A DNA stretch of 64,000 nucleotides from Eledone cirrhosa (taxonomy: Eukaryota): NCBI GenBank assembly GCA_964016885.1, contig OZ024743.1, positions 38,998,001 to 39,062,000 of the forward strand, in the 5' to 3' direction. A program made the position numbers and the translations under genes. The notes below the pieces were generated by a model, which searched no databases, was not told the DNA's origin, and worked only from the letters and a program-made list of their open reading frames with translations. Shown here in pieces: positions 13,164-27,062 of this stretch (positions within the stretch are counted from its first letter, which is position 1; each line of letters begins with the position of its first letter).

Positions 13164-13527
13164 TACAATATTAAATAAATGGAAACTATATTTATAAAAC
13201 CATATTTATTTCATTATATATATTTCAGGGATAACATATTAACAATATGCTATGCCTTCCTCAGACAAAATACAATATAAACAGTTTTATAGATAAATAG
13301 ATAAATAGATTCGACATACAATTTTGTCACTACCAAATCAACCTTTTCAAACGCAAGTAGATGTTGTTACGGTATGTCGAATCTATTTATCTATTTATCT
13401 ATAAAACTGTTTATATTGTATTTTGTCTGAGGAAGGCATAGCATATTGTTAATATGTTATCCCTGAAATATATATAATGAAATAAATGTGGTTTTATAAA
13501 TATAGTTTCCATTTATTTAATATTGTA
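13164..13527. repeat. Near-perfect fold-back (arms ~156 bp, spacer ~52 bp) with one HHR per arm
   Basis: 13164-13319 is the reverse complement of 13372-13527 with about one mismatch. Confidence 0.92.
13419..13484 (+). ncRNA. Type I hammerhead ribozyme motif (identical copy at 13207-13272 minus)
   Basis: Stem I TATTTTGT/ATGAAATA; CTGAGGA; 14 bp stem II AGGCATAGCATATT/AATATGTTATCCCT; GAAA; palindromic TATATATA stem III; AUA site; AATAAA overlaps the 3' end. Confidence 0.75.
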
Positions 13528-14078
13528 TATATATATATATATATGTGCATGAATGTATGTATATACATAATACTGTACGTCTGTATACATATATTTATGT
13601 AATTATACATACTTATATTTAAGTATCAGCCGTACTAAGAGTGAGAAATAAAATTTCATTATTTCCATTTATCGTTTTTGGAACACCCGCCAGACTGACT
13701 CACTCCATATGCAAATCAGGCTGCTCAGCCGTTAATATGCATAAGGAAATGATATACTTTCAATCATTCAATCAACTGACAGGAAGGTATACAGTGTTGA
13801 TGACAGCTAATAAGCTAGTAACTAGTTCATCGTTCCTTTGTAAGTGTTGAACAAAATGGCAACGATGGTTGGCGAACACTGTACGGCTAATATTTCGGGC
13901 TATTAATTTACAAACAAAACGAGATTATAATAAACGTTCGGTAAACGCATACGTACATATAAATATGTGTGCATGTACGTATGTATAGTCATACTACTGT
14001 ACGTCTGTATACATATATATATGTACGTATACATATCTCTCTCTATATCTATATGCACGTATTTACATATTTATATAT

Positions 14079-14133
<55 letters not shown>

Positions 14134-14223
14134 TATATATATACATATAGATATATGATCTATGATCAAACGCTCGGCCACAGACATCCACGCACGGAGA
14201 AGCATGTGAGCGTGTGTGTGTAT

Positions 14224-14330
<107 letters not shown>

Positions 14331-15818
14331 TCTGTGTGCGCGCGTTTTTATTTGGCAAGATTCTCGAAGTGAAACATTGTGTTGAAACCGATATTATTAT
14401 ATTTGCCAATGCTACAATATACACACACGCACTATTGCTTTTCACTCCAACATTATTATTACCTGTTAGTTCTTAATACGTTCTCTGACATCCTTATTAG
14501 CTATTTGTTATTTTGTCTGCTACCCTACTTTCTGATTTTATTTTATTCACCTTGTCTTGTTTTCCGAAGGAAAATATATAAAATATCGTCAAATGAATGA
14601 TGGTTTAATTTAATAGAAATGTGCTCTATTGTTTCATAAACAAGAGAGACGCTCTATATGGATTCTTGTAATATCGTGGTAATGGCATCCAGTTTTTTTG
14701 AGATAATGTATTTTCAATGCGGCTTATGACCATTCATTTTCACCTTTAAATCTGGATCCGGAGGAAACTTCTATTTACACTGATTATTTGTTGAATCCAT
14801 AGAGCATTTAATCGTAATAATTATACTGAAGGGTAATTTAAAAAACCTTTAGAATATTCAATAGGTTATATTTAAAATACAATTTTAATGAAAGATTTTA
14901 AAATATTTACAAGTGAGCATACTCGATTGTAATAATTTGGCATGAAGTTATCAATATTGAGTTACTTGACAATTTAAAAAAAATGAATAATACATAAAAA
15001 AATAGTGGATGTGTAGATTTTTTTTATATCCCGTGGATTTTGCTATGGTGAATATTCCTACATCAATTAAGTGACTCCTAATTGTATGTTTATCCATGTA
15101 ATTACTTCATTCATTTTGACATTTAATTGGAAGATATTATATTTCTGAATCCTTGTGACGTTGTTATTTTCGTTGAAGAACTGATTTCCATTTATATTTT
15201 CAATATATATCATTATCAAGGATAACCAATGCATTATTAAGTCCTGTAGAGCACGTTTAATATCACGAATATTTGCTTTGTCGATACGTATTTTATCAAA
15301 TTTACTTCTGAGTATGCCTTCTGTTTTATCGTCGATTTTTATAATGCTTCGTATGTAGGCGGTCCCACGGCTTGGTTGAGTAGTCTGTATTTGAATATTA
15401 TACCGATTTTGTGTCATATATGATTTGTAAGTGGTGGGTAATAAAGAATAATCGAAGATCGCAGTCGGATTCGTGTCTATATTGCGAGTAATTTAATTCT
15501 TCTTATTCCCGTATGGCATGGGCTATGTTTCCTTTGTAGCTTTACCTTTTGATTACAATAAAGTAGCGGAATCATGCGCCTACTTCTCTTCTGAAGAGAT
15601 TGTGCACAACTCTCTCTGGAAGTCATGTAACGTTGATGAGGAATTTAAGATATATACTGTCAACACCAAAAGAGAGAAAGTGCAACACACAGACTCACAG
15701 AGATGGCTGAATCCTGGTGCTTTAGAGAATGTTAAAATACAATTTCTGTTTAAATGATTAAGCGACCTCATAAATCTAATCTTTCCATGAACTTTAATGT
15801 AACAAGATTATAATGAAT

Positions 15819-15905
<87 letters not shown>

Positions 15906-15920
15906 TATATATATATATAT

Positions 15921-16371
15921 ACTTAAAGCGTCCGTATGCGCTAGGCCGTATGATCACTCGATGCCCTCGTAGAGCAGAGTATGATATCACAGAAAAAAGT
16001 GAATCAGGGTTGCAACGAAAGAAATGTATTGGACACATTACAATTTTTTTCTCGGGCGATCATGTCGAAGCACGATCGATATGGTGATCAAACCTGACTC
16101 TAAAATCGTGCAGTCCTTGGATACGTCTCGATTCTACGACGCAGATTTTCCTATCATAGAATCGAGACGTATCTGAGGATCGCGCGATCTCAGAGTTAGG
16201 TTTGATCACCATATTGATCTTGCCTCCACCTGGTCGCCCGATAAACGATTGTAATATGTCCAATAAATTCCTTTCGTCGCAACACTGAATTTCTTTTTTC
16301 TGCGATATCATACTCTGCTCTACGAGGGCATCGCGTGGTCATACGGCCTACCGCATACGGACGCTTTAAGC
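15921..16371. repeat. ~450 bp imperfect palindrome between (TA)n tracts
   Basis: CTTAAAGCGTCCGTATGCG...GATACGTCTCGATTCTA (left) mirrors TAGAATCGAGACGTATC...CGCATACGGACGCTTTAAG (right); centre ~16146. Confidence 0.92.
16168..16258 (+). ncRNA. HHR motif with extended stem II, one core mutation
   Basis: CGTAT-CTGAGGA-TCGCGCGATC...GGTCGCCCGA-TAAA-CGATTGTA-ATATG. GAAA is TAAA here but is intact in the mirrored left arm. Confidence 0.6.
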
Positions 16372-16381
16372 ATCCAACACC

Positions 16382-16453
<72 letters not shown>

Positions 16454-16577
16454 CTGTGTATGTGTGTGTGTGTGGGTGTGTGTGCGTGTGTGTGTGTGCG
16501 TGTGTGTGTGTGTGCATGTGTGTGGCCTGTGTGTGTGTGTGCGCGCGCCTTTCTATGCGGGTAAATGCGTATGGATT

Positions 16578-16710
16578 TGTGGTTAAGTTGTTGTGCTCCC
16601 AATGGTAAGGTTATGTGTTCAATTCCCAAAATGTGCGGAGCATTGTGTCCTTGTGCACAACACTTATTTCATTCAGGTCTCTCCTGTATACTGAGCTGCA
16701 GATGAATTGA
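16578..16710 (+). mobile_element. Degenerate tRNA-derived SINE with a CORE-like segment
   Basis: GTGGTTAAG...GTTCAATTCCC box-like motifs followed by TTGTGTCCTTGTGCACAACACTT. Confidence 0.5.
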
Positions 16711-17514
16711 CGCATCAGATGTGTTACACTGTCTCTGTTCCTTGTTCAAATCGATGCTGAGGAGAAGGTAAGACTGGTACATTTTGACAATTAGTTTAAC
16801 ACAAATATTTTTTTCATTATTAGTAGACATGTGAAGAGTGCGAATAGTGAAAGGTGGCGACGTGGCTAGAAACACATGGAAACTATTGATATATTTCAAT
16901 CTATTTTAATTATTGTTTCACACAGTAAATTACGTAACTTAACGTATTTATAATTCATACTTATTTATTGAATGTAGCATTGTTAAATAAATGAATACAG
17001 CAAAGTGTGTGATGTTACCATATATTGAAAACTAATTTGAATGTGAGTAGAATCATATGAAATACATATGAAGAGATTCCATGTAAATATGCATGTATAT
17101 ATGCATACTGAATATAATTTCCCTGTAACCTTATCAGTTATCCAACTAATGTGCTTATATTGTTAGAGTGCCATGGCTAGCAAATAATCTTCACTATAAA
17201 ACTAACGGGAATTAGACACTTCTCGGAATAAATTTTCTTATAACCTGTGATTGAGATATTTGTCAATAGATAGAATTGAATAACATGAGAGATATTTCCT
17301 GCATCTAATATTTAATTTGGTTGGTGTTCCTAGATATTGGCAACTATAAAGAGAATTGTAATTACCTAATGCATATTATGTTTGATTGCTTGATATTTTG
17401 TGACAGGGAATATAACATTTGCCATAAGAGGAAATAAATGCTTAAGATTAGAAAGTCGAACTAAGCGGATATCAAAATATGGGTACTTTTATCATTTGCA
17501 TTGCATTATTTTTA

Positions 17515-17636
17515 TCTCTGAGTTCAAATCCCGCCGAGGTTGACTTTGCCTTTCATCCTTACGGGGTCGATAAAATAAAGTACCAGTAATGTACTGGGTA
17601 ATTGCTGGCCTTGTGCCTAAAGTAGAAACAATTATT
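17515..17636 (+). mobile_element. SINE family A (tRNA-derived), 5'-degenerate copy
   Basis: GAGTTCAAATCCCGCCGAGGTTGACTTTGCCTTTCATCCTTACGGGGTCGATAAAATAAAGTACCAGT...GTAGAAACAATTATT, shared by 8 loci in the window. Confidence 0.9.
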
Positions 17637-17959
17637 TGTATCCCTGTGAATTGGTGCGTATGCTTAGGTGTATTGTATAACAGGGAAATAGATCACTATA
17701 TTTTAAATATTTCATTAATTCAAACAAATGAAGGAAAATGTTTAATGAAACATCTTATCATTTCCGACGGAAATCGAAACCACCTACGATAGATTGTAAC
17801 ATTGCTTCTATCAAACTTACTACCTACGGCAGAAAAGTGGCAGAATTATTAGAACGATGGATTAAAAACCTGGTATTTGTTCAAATTCCGACGGAGGATT
17901 TTTGAAAAGTATGCGCTTGAATTCAAGTATCACCCACTGCCACTGAACAATGATGGAGT

Positions 17960-18645
17960 CATTTGCAATTGCCACCGGTAGATATTATTAGCAATAGAAT
18001 AGCAATGGAGACATAGTTTACTGTCTTCTCTCCTGTTCATTATTTACATGAACGGGATTGACATGCGTAGCCGGCTTGGGAGTGGCAATCATGACCGGTG
18101 GGTGTAAAATCAGTCAACTGGAATTTGTAGACGACATGGTGTTTCGTAACTCGGCAGAAGTTGATTTCCGACTTGCACTCGATCGGTTTGATGCCGTGTT
18201 CACGAGTGATGGAAATTAAGAGGCTGAACTAAATGCAAGTATTGCAGGACCTGGTGCAGTAATGCGCCAGTTTCAGGGTTGGTAATCAATATCGTTATCT
18301 TCAATTCAGTATTCGTGCAAAACATTACCTACTGTCATGAATACAAGCTGACCATATGGGTTTCCTCCGAAGAGTCTTTGGAATAACGTTACGGGATAGA
18401 GTGCGTAGATCGGTGATCCGAGATTCACTCCAGGTAGAGCCGCTTTTTCTCAAAATTGAAAGATCATACTGTGGATATGTGGTTTGAATATCTAGGGACA
18501 GAATCACTGTACAGATTTTAGGGCCAAAACATACCGGATGAAACCCGAGGGCTGGACCCTGAGCAACATCCCCGAGTTTGGTTGGTCTCGCTTGGAGATC
18601 TACCCTGATCAGCTGGATACGTTTGTTTTTGAGAGGACCCACTAA
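17960..18645 (+). mobile_element. Decayed RTE-like LINE 3' fragment
   Basis: Remnant RT translation LSSLLFIIYMNGID...KISQLEFVDDMV; RTE-like C-terminal remnants; ends in a (GAA)n tail. Confidence 0.65.
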
Positions 18646-18733
18646 AGAAGAAGAAGAAGAAGAAGAAGAAGAAGAAGAAGAAGAAGAAGAAGAAGAAGAA
18701 GAAGAAGAAGAAGAAGAAGAAGAAGAAGAAGAA
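18646..18733. repeat. (GAA)n microsatellite, probably the LINE tail
   Basis: About 29 perfect GAA units. Confidence 0.95.
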
Positions 18734-21464
18734 ATATGTTTGCATAAGTTCTGCTTTAAACACGAGGCAAAACATTTGCAATGATTAAATGTACTTTCTT
18801 AATTTTTCGAATATATCTAATTCTAAGCATGTAGTGATGACGTTGATTGTTTCTCAGAAAAATAATTTAAACATCTATAATCATAGTTCCCTAATCGAGT
18901 AATTGATCAGAGGGAGTGATATAAATACATTTACCTCGGTACGTTTTGGTGAAGGCATACAAACTTCACTTTATCTGTATTTACTAAAATGTCACTCCGT
19001 TTGTCCGAGTTCATGGCAATATAGAACACATTATGCTGTATACCAGTTCTTTGTTTCTCCCATATGCCAGGCAAAATATACTGATCTCTATCGTTTATGT
19101 AAAGCAGTGAAATATTTCACGATTTTAATACCATTAAACATGTCATATATTTGTCGACTATATTATTTTGTTGTGTTAGCTTCGGCACACTGCGAAATGT
19201 GTTTAAATGATACTGAGGTTATCTATGTCTTGCATCATTTCGAGCTTGATAAATACATTACCACGCCGATATGGAGAAAAGAACGACAGTGCTTTAACTT
19301 GACTTCCAGGTTTAACATCATCATTTTCTACATATTTAGTCTATTTGACCTTGCCTCCTATATGCACCCTGATCCTGTCTCCCTGATTGTAGCCAGAGAA
19401 CAACATGCCGTAGTTGAAGTATTGTGTCTCTTTAATAACTACGATGAACATACAGACATACACAACAGATTAAAAATAACAATGCTATAAAGGTAAGGCA
19501 ATGGAGAGACAAAAAGGGACATAGAAACAGCCATGAATCTGTTGGTGGCAGTAGAGAAACAACACAACATATACTAATAGCATAGTAGGCAATACATCCT
19601 CGAGTTGCACATTTTATAACCTATCCAATAAGTCCATCAACATGCGTCGATCATTTAAATTTATATCACATCATGTTGCAATAAACTTTACCTATAGAAT
19701 GATTTAAATTCACATGAATTAAATTATTTACATTTTGTTTTCGCTTCTTTGTTTACACTCGCAATATGAACATGAAATAATTTGATACGCAAACTATATT
19801 TAAATTTCTAAAACATTTTCAGCAAGATTAAATAACACATTTGTTTGTATTAGTTACATAACTATACAAAATCCTTACTATTAGAACATAATTGATGTAT
19901 TTAAATCAATGTTTTATGTTAAAGTTTTATATATTTGTATTGTCACATTTAATAAATATCATTTCATGATCAAGAGTGTTAATGATTACTTTCTATTTCT
20001 ATTAACTGCTTACTCATACACCATAACAATTGGTAGAATATATTTAGAGAATTTCAAAATCTTGAATTACATTTAATACAATAACATCCATGAAATATAC
20101 TATAGGTATAATATAGCCGAGTTGCTTTTTACTTTGCCTGCTACTTTCTAAAACTACTTCAATCAAGTTTTAGTTATTAATATATATTTTATAGCTGTCA
20201 CATCAAATGGATTTACACTTAGGTTATACCTAATACTTTTATAGAGTATAATTCGTTGGTGCTTTGTTAGTAGTCATAAATCGATTATACTTTAAATTAT
20301 TGACATGTTGACTAAATATATATTTATGTAAATACTTCAAGACTTGCAAGACAAGGATGTATGCATTTAAATTTTAGTAGGGACATAACAATTAACTATT
20401 TAGTTTTTTGCTAACATTCTATGCTTCAAATTGCTTTGTTCGATTGTTTTCTTAAAATAAATTATTATTAAATAAAATGCTTACGTTCGTCACCTTCTCG
20501 TGCATCTTTCTCGTATGTGTTTAATTCGCTCTCGTCTTCCATATCAGTATATGGGCCAGTACGCATAAGCATGTTTACAAGAGGATATGATCGCATAGAT
20601 GTAAATATTCAAGTACGATTGGGTATGCATGGTTGCCTATGAGAATTTGTTTGTATGCATTTGTAAATATTCGCAGACCTAACCCAAATGTTTGTGTTCA
20701 TCAATTCGCGAATTGTACAGACACGTTCATAGCTGAATGCATGTTTCGTGTCCGTAAGCAAATATGGTTACTCAGAAAATATGAAACTGGATGCATACAA
20801 GGAAACTTGTTTCACTTGAATAATATCGGTACCTATGAATGTGAGTATGCCCTCAGGTATATATCTTCCTCACCTTTCCCACTGTCCTTTACCCTCCACA
20901 AGATGATATAACAATCCTCCTGAATAATTCCGAATGCAAATACCTAAGAAAACAAGTAATCCAACCATCACTAACAATCTACGTAAATATCTACTGGCAA
21001 TATCATATATGCATTCTATTCCATAAACGTTTGTCTACGGCACAAACGTATAAAACTAAATTTGCTACTCTACTAGCTAAACATCCAACATATCATTTTC
21101 TTCATAAATGTCAACTATCTAAATTAGTAACTGCCTACAAATAAGTATTTCATTTCATGTGTTCGACATCTTAGTTGACTTTATATATTTATCAATTTTC
21201 CATGTATATTCTTTATCCCCCACACACTTATCTACACATTTTCCTTTCTAAAGAAATATATATGAATGTTCAATACGAACAACAGACCAGTATTTACCAT
21301 ACCAAACAATACACACACACGTTGCTAAAATATCATATCTGTTTTAAGGAAATTAATAAATATACTTATGTGTTTAGTTTATTATAAATATCGGGGCCTT
21401 CTTATCTTTTTTCTATGAATATTAGAATATCCCTATTTAATATTTATTTCTCTATCTCTCTACA

Positions 21465-21516
<52 letters not shown>

Positions 21517-21619
21517 ATGTGGTTCATCTTATATATATATATATGTGTGTGTGTGTACGGACAGATAGGTTTTAATGGTGTATATATATATGCATATATA
21601 TATATATATATGTATTTAT

Positions 21620-21705
<86 letters not shown>

Positions 21706-22689
21706 TGTGTGTGTATGTATTTGTGTATGTATGTTTTTTATGTATGTATATATTCATATGGTTAACTTAGCTGGAGACTGAATGATAATAGGGGAGAAGC
21801 ATTGTTTAGTGAAACAGTAATTACAGAAACGTACATTAATTTAACAGAGAACTATTGAGTGCGACGTCATGTAAATGTTTTCTTTTTTAATATTAAGGCA
21901 CAATGAATACAATGACTATGTGTTTCAATGAAGAAAGATCTCAATGACCTTATTAAGTAATTATTTTCCTAATATCTCCACGTAGCATTACATAATGGAG
22001 GGAATGTAATTGTTTTGCTAAGGTGCACTAGATTTCATTATACCGAGGAATGGAAACAGTGGAACGTTTGGAAATTTCCGTTATTACAATACATTAAACA
22101 TTCAGAAAGAACACATATTTAGTTATATGATTTCTAATGTACGAGATGTTAGATTCTATTAAGCTTTAAAATGTCATGGCAATCAATGGGAAGTCGCTGA
22201 AACAGCAGATAATGTATTCAGTGATGTGATTATTCTAAAACATATAATTCTAACCATTGTTGTTCTATAAGCAAAGATTCAGCAGAGAACTCGTTCACAT
22301 TTGCCTACTAACTTATGTCTGACTACATGCAGCACTCACTATGTATCATATTCGCATTAGAATTATCAGCCTGATCATGAGCAGGCTATGTGCGAAAGCA
22401 CATCCTAAAGACCACGTGATAATCCTTGACTTTATTGTCAAAACTCGAAAGAATTTCATACCATCTATTTAGATTTGTCATCGAAACCAATATTGGGAGC
22501 TACGATTATATACAGTATTAAATACCGAGTATTCAGAGACGAGGTTGGTTCTGAACTGATAGTGGAGTTTTCTGAGCAAGTCCGATTACATGCAAACAAG
22601 TATGGGATGATGTGAGAAAGAGGGAGTGAATAACAAATAGAAAATGTAAGGAAGGATCTATTTCGGAATGATGAAAAGCAAATGTGGTA

Positions 22690-22770
22690 CGGTGAGATTT
22701 GAACATGAGAGTACGTTGCTTAAACGAATAGCGTGAAGCATTTCTTCCGGTGTTCTAACGAATCTACCAA
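22690..22770 (-). mobile_element. Degenerate SINE head
   Basis: GAGATTTGAAC (B box on minus strand) ... AAGCATTTCTTCCGGTGTTCTAACGAATCTACCA. Confidence 0.45.
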
Positions 22771-23470
22771 TGTAACTCACAAGCTAAGCACTGAATATTA
22801 TGACCAACCTCTGCCTCCCAAAAGTATAATTCATTACCTGCACAAGGTTTTCTCCCGGACTTCGAATTTCCCTTGTTCAAGAAAAATGATAAAATAATAT
22901 TTACGCAAACAACATCATGTTACGGTGCAAACATGTGTTCCAGTTTCTACTCTGCTCTCATATCATATCATTTCGTTTGATGCTAAATGCTGTATGAAAA
23001 ATGATATATTGTTCTATTCAGGAATGTTTATATACGCCATCTTTGTCATTGAATCTATATCGATAAAACATCTGACATCCCGAATACAGGACCTAAATGC
23101 AGCGGTCTGTGTTGAGATGACTGTTCACAACAATGTAGCCCGTTATTCAGACTGGTTCTTTCTCTCAGATATGACAACTTCGCAATTCTCTTCGTGGGGA
23201 GTGTGAGACAGCAGCCAAATTATATCGTGCAAAAAGCATTATTTTTGTAAGAAGAAGAAATACGTATACGTTGGTTATCGGGTGATTTAAGGAAGTAAGG
23301 AATACAATGCATAGCACAAGAATTATATGTGTTCCAATTTCTTGTTACTAGCTCTACTCTTTAATCTTCGGTCTCTTCCTTACAGCCTGACATCAACACC
23401 CACACAAACACACACATACACAGACACACACATACACACACACGCACACACACACATATATATGTGTGTG

Positions 23471-23510
<40 letters not shown>

Positions 23511-24015
23511 TTTATAAATATGTATGTATATATATAGTCAATGGCCATCCAAAATAACCGGGAGAGATGACCTCTTAGCCTTTGTCAAGGCAGAATTCTA
23601 GGAGAAGGAAAACTCTGATATAACACCTGCAACCCTGATGGTATCCAATGATGTTGACTTGTTCTTCTTTTTGGTAAATATCATCTTGGTTAAGGGAGTG
23701 GGACTGGCTTTGTGCAGTGCCTTTGCTCACTATAAAAGCTTCACGGCACAGGCATTGCTTTATATCTGGAGATCTTTCTGCACTTGTCGTTACATGGTAC
23801 CATGGGCCCAGCACTATGTGTCAATAATTGTCACAGGTGTAGTGTTTGTACCTGAGTTTTCAAGTCGCTGGCTGGACTAAAAAGTCATATTCGTTCAGCG
23901 CATCGGTAGGGGTTCTCCTAGATGGATATAAAGTATTGGCCGTACTCGAAAACGAGTTGGCAGCCACCATATATATATATATCAATATATGCACACACAC
24001 ACAAATATACAAGTA

Positions 24016-24078
<63 letters not shown>

Positions 24079-24085
24079 CCATATA

Positions 24086-24134
<49 letters not shown>

Positions 24135-24140
<6 letters not shown>

Positions 24141-26176
24141 TAAAATAACAGATTAAAGTTTAAGCAAAGAATCGTTGCTTTCACCCTTAACGGGATCTTC
24201 TGAAACTAACAAAGTCAATCTGTGAACGCAGAAGGGAATATTTCAAAAAACGTTGCAACCGGAGGAAGACAGGAAGACGATACTTTGGTTCTTTGAAACG
24301 TTCCCTGGCAGAGAACGGAAAAAAACGAATATAATACGTCATTATTTGGAGCGGTGAAAAACAATTACACGCCAAGACAAAACCACGTTTATGGTATGAA
24401 AGAAGTCGTAGACTAATATTCTATTAGGTGGTTCATAGAGACGTTATTTGGCAATGAACGGAAAAAAAACATCACAGCTTTAAACTTAGCTAAACTACCT
24501 AGCCGTAGGAACACGTGTAACCCTGTAGTTAGTATTAACTGTAATTGTAACAATGTCTACAAATGTAAGGTTGAAACACCCACGTCCCGTAGGGCCCACA
24601 TAGGGTTAACCGCCAATAGATTCAAGCAGCCTCTTTACATGCATACCATTCTTTTCGTAACCCTTTAAGAAGGAATATGACGTCACGTTCAGCTTATATC
24701 TGGAGTCTAAAAGACAACCACACCCAATATAAGTTACACTGGGAGATCCTAGCTAGGCCTAGATCGTATAACGTAAATAAAAGACCATTTGACCTCTGCG
24801 CCGTTGTGGCCCTGGAAATACTCTACGCCAAACACTACATCTTAAACAAATAATCTGAGGCAATTTCGGCTTGTAAACATAAATTTGCACAAAACTTTAC
24901 TGTATTACAGCCCCACATTATACCCTAACGGATAATACGAACTATACACGGATATGTTACGTCTTGACGTGGTAGCTAAGTAGGTTATGTTTCTAACATT
25001 ACTTATTTGTATAGGTAAGTATATATTACCTGTATGTTTTGTGAAGGTACGTATACGTTCTCGTACGTATATTTGATTGTATATGTGTGGGCGTATATAT
25101 TATATATCCTGGTATATATGCTTTTGGTTATGTGTATACGTGAGTTTTGCGTCTGTGTGAGTATGCGGGTTCGTACGTATGTAGGGTGTGTGTATATGTG
25201 TAATTTGTGGTTTGGTTGATGTACGTCTCCGAACATATGTGTATTTACATGTAGGTATATGTGTGCGCATGTTATATACGTATTTATTTATTCATATACG
25301 TTTATTTAATTACATGTATACACACACACACACACATAACTATATTCTCTTTACTATTTTACTCTTTTACATGTATCAGCCATCCGGCTGGGGCACCGCC
25401 CTTGTTGCTACACATTTTATCTCCAGCCTGTATAGGTTGGCCACTGGTGTAAGAGGGAGTGTGTTGCTGCTACCCTTAGGTTTCCCTCGTGCCTTGCTTT
25501 TTTTTATATATATATATATTTATGTGTATTTGGTGTATACATTCGCAGGCGTGCGGGTACAGGCGTTGCGTGGGTTCTGTATGTGCGTCCTGGTTTTTTT
25601 TTTTCGTGTACGTGCGTGTATTTGTTTACCTATGGCGAGTGTCTTCGCTTATACTTTTGTATGTACGTATATAGATGCGTGTAAGTATTTATTTAATTTC
25701 AATTACCTCTGTATTTTATTTACTTTATTCTTAACTTTGAATTCGAGAATCATTCGGTTTTCTAGTTAGAATTTTATTTACGTGGTTTTGTCTTTGCGTG
25801 CAATTGTTCTCCCCGCTCCACATATGACGTATTATCTTCATTTGTTTCCATTCATTGCCAGAGAACGTTTCTATGAACCATCTAGTAGAATATTAGTCTA
25901 CCACTTCTTTTATACCATAAACGTGGTTTTGTCTTTGCATGAAATTGTTTTTCACCGCTCCAAATAGTGACGTATTATATTCGTTTTCTCCCGTTCTTTG
26001 CCAGAGAACGTTTCCACGAACCAAAGTAGTGTCTTCCTGTCTTCCTCCGATTGCAAAGTTTTTTGAAATATTCTCTTCTGCGTTCACAGATTGATTTTGT
26101 TAGTTTCAGAAGATACGGTTAAGGGTAAAAGCACTGATTCTTTGCTTAAACTATAATCTGCTATTTTAATAAATAT
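24135..26176. mobile_element. ~2 kb non-coding element bounded by ~330 bp inverted repeats
   Basis: 24135-24468 is the reverse complement of 25840-26176. The arms contain an internal ~142 bp tandem duplication. Confidence 0.8.
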
Positions 26177-26260
26177 TTGCTCTACGGTTCTTATATATTT
26201 GAAATATATTTATCCTTATCGCGCCCTATTTTGATATTAGTCTTCAAATTTATTATTATT

Positions 26261-26775
26261 CACCATCATCAGGTCGAGCTTGCTCGGCTTTCTACGACAC
26301 GTTTCCTCCATCCATCTCTGTCTCTCATAGCGTTTGCCAGTTCTTCCGCAGTGCATCCAGTATCGTCCTTAAGTTGCTTGACGTATGTTTTCTTGGGACG
26401 ACCAGCGTTTCTAGCTCCATGTGATGGACTCCATAACAACACATTACCTGCTATTTCGTCCTTGCTGCGCCAACAGTGGCCAGCAAATCTGAGTCTCTGT
26501 CCACGTATTGACCTGCTGATAGGTGGTATATTGCCATAGATATCCTTATTTGTTGGGTGTTAATATCAGACTGGGAAACGACGGGGGAGCATTGAAAGCA
26601 ATGGAAAAGATATGGAAATCAAATCTGCCGGCCAAACTGAAAAGGAAATTCTTCAGAGCTGCTGTGGAGTCTGTGCTTGTTTATGGCTCTATCACTTGGA
26701 CGCTAACGTGGAAACTGCAGAAAAGGCTAGACGGGGCATACACACGTATGCTCCGCGCTACTTTAAACGTGTCTT
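26261..26775. mobile_element. RTE-clade LINE 3' fragment with a 5' inversion
   Basis: Minus 26270-26540: LRFAGHCWRSKDEIAGNVLLWSPSHG..GRPKKTYVKQLKDDTG..AMRDRDGWRKRV with a (CAT)n tail. Plus 26560-26775 encodes the upstream part, KIWKSNLPAKLKRKFFRAAVESVLVYGSITWTLT. Confidence 0.85.
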
Positions 26776-26789
26776 ATTATTATACTATA

Positions 26790-26896
26790 CGCCGAGGTTG
26801 ACTTTGCCTTTCATTCTTACGGGGTCGCTAAAATAAAGTACCAGTCATGCACTGGGTAATTGCTGGCCTTGTGTCTAAAGGAGAAACAATTATTAC
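26790..26896 (+). mobile_element. SINE family A, 5'-truncated
   Basis: GCCGAGGTTGACTTTGCCTTTCAT...AGTACCAGT...GAAACAATTATT. Confidence 0.88.
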
Positions 26897-26997
26897 TATA
26901 CATATATGTTTTTTTTTCTAGGGTGGATAAAAAATATATATATATTTATAGTAATAATAATAATAATATATATATATATATACACAACTATACAAAT

Positions 26998-27062
<65 letters not shown>

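Noticed and set aside
16677-16767. Exon-like segment with good AG/GTAAG sites
   Set aside because: All three frames contain stops and the acceptor lies within a decayed SINE.
18903-19490. 195 aa ORF
   Set aside because: Non-ATG start, no recognisable motif, composition like random AT-rich DNA.
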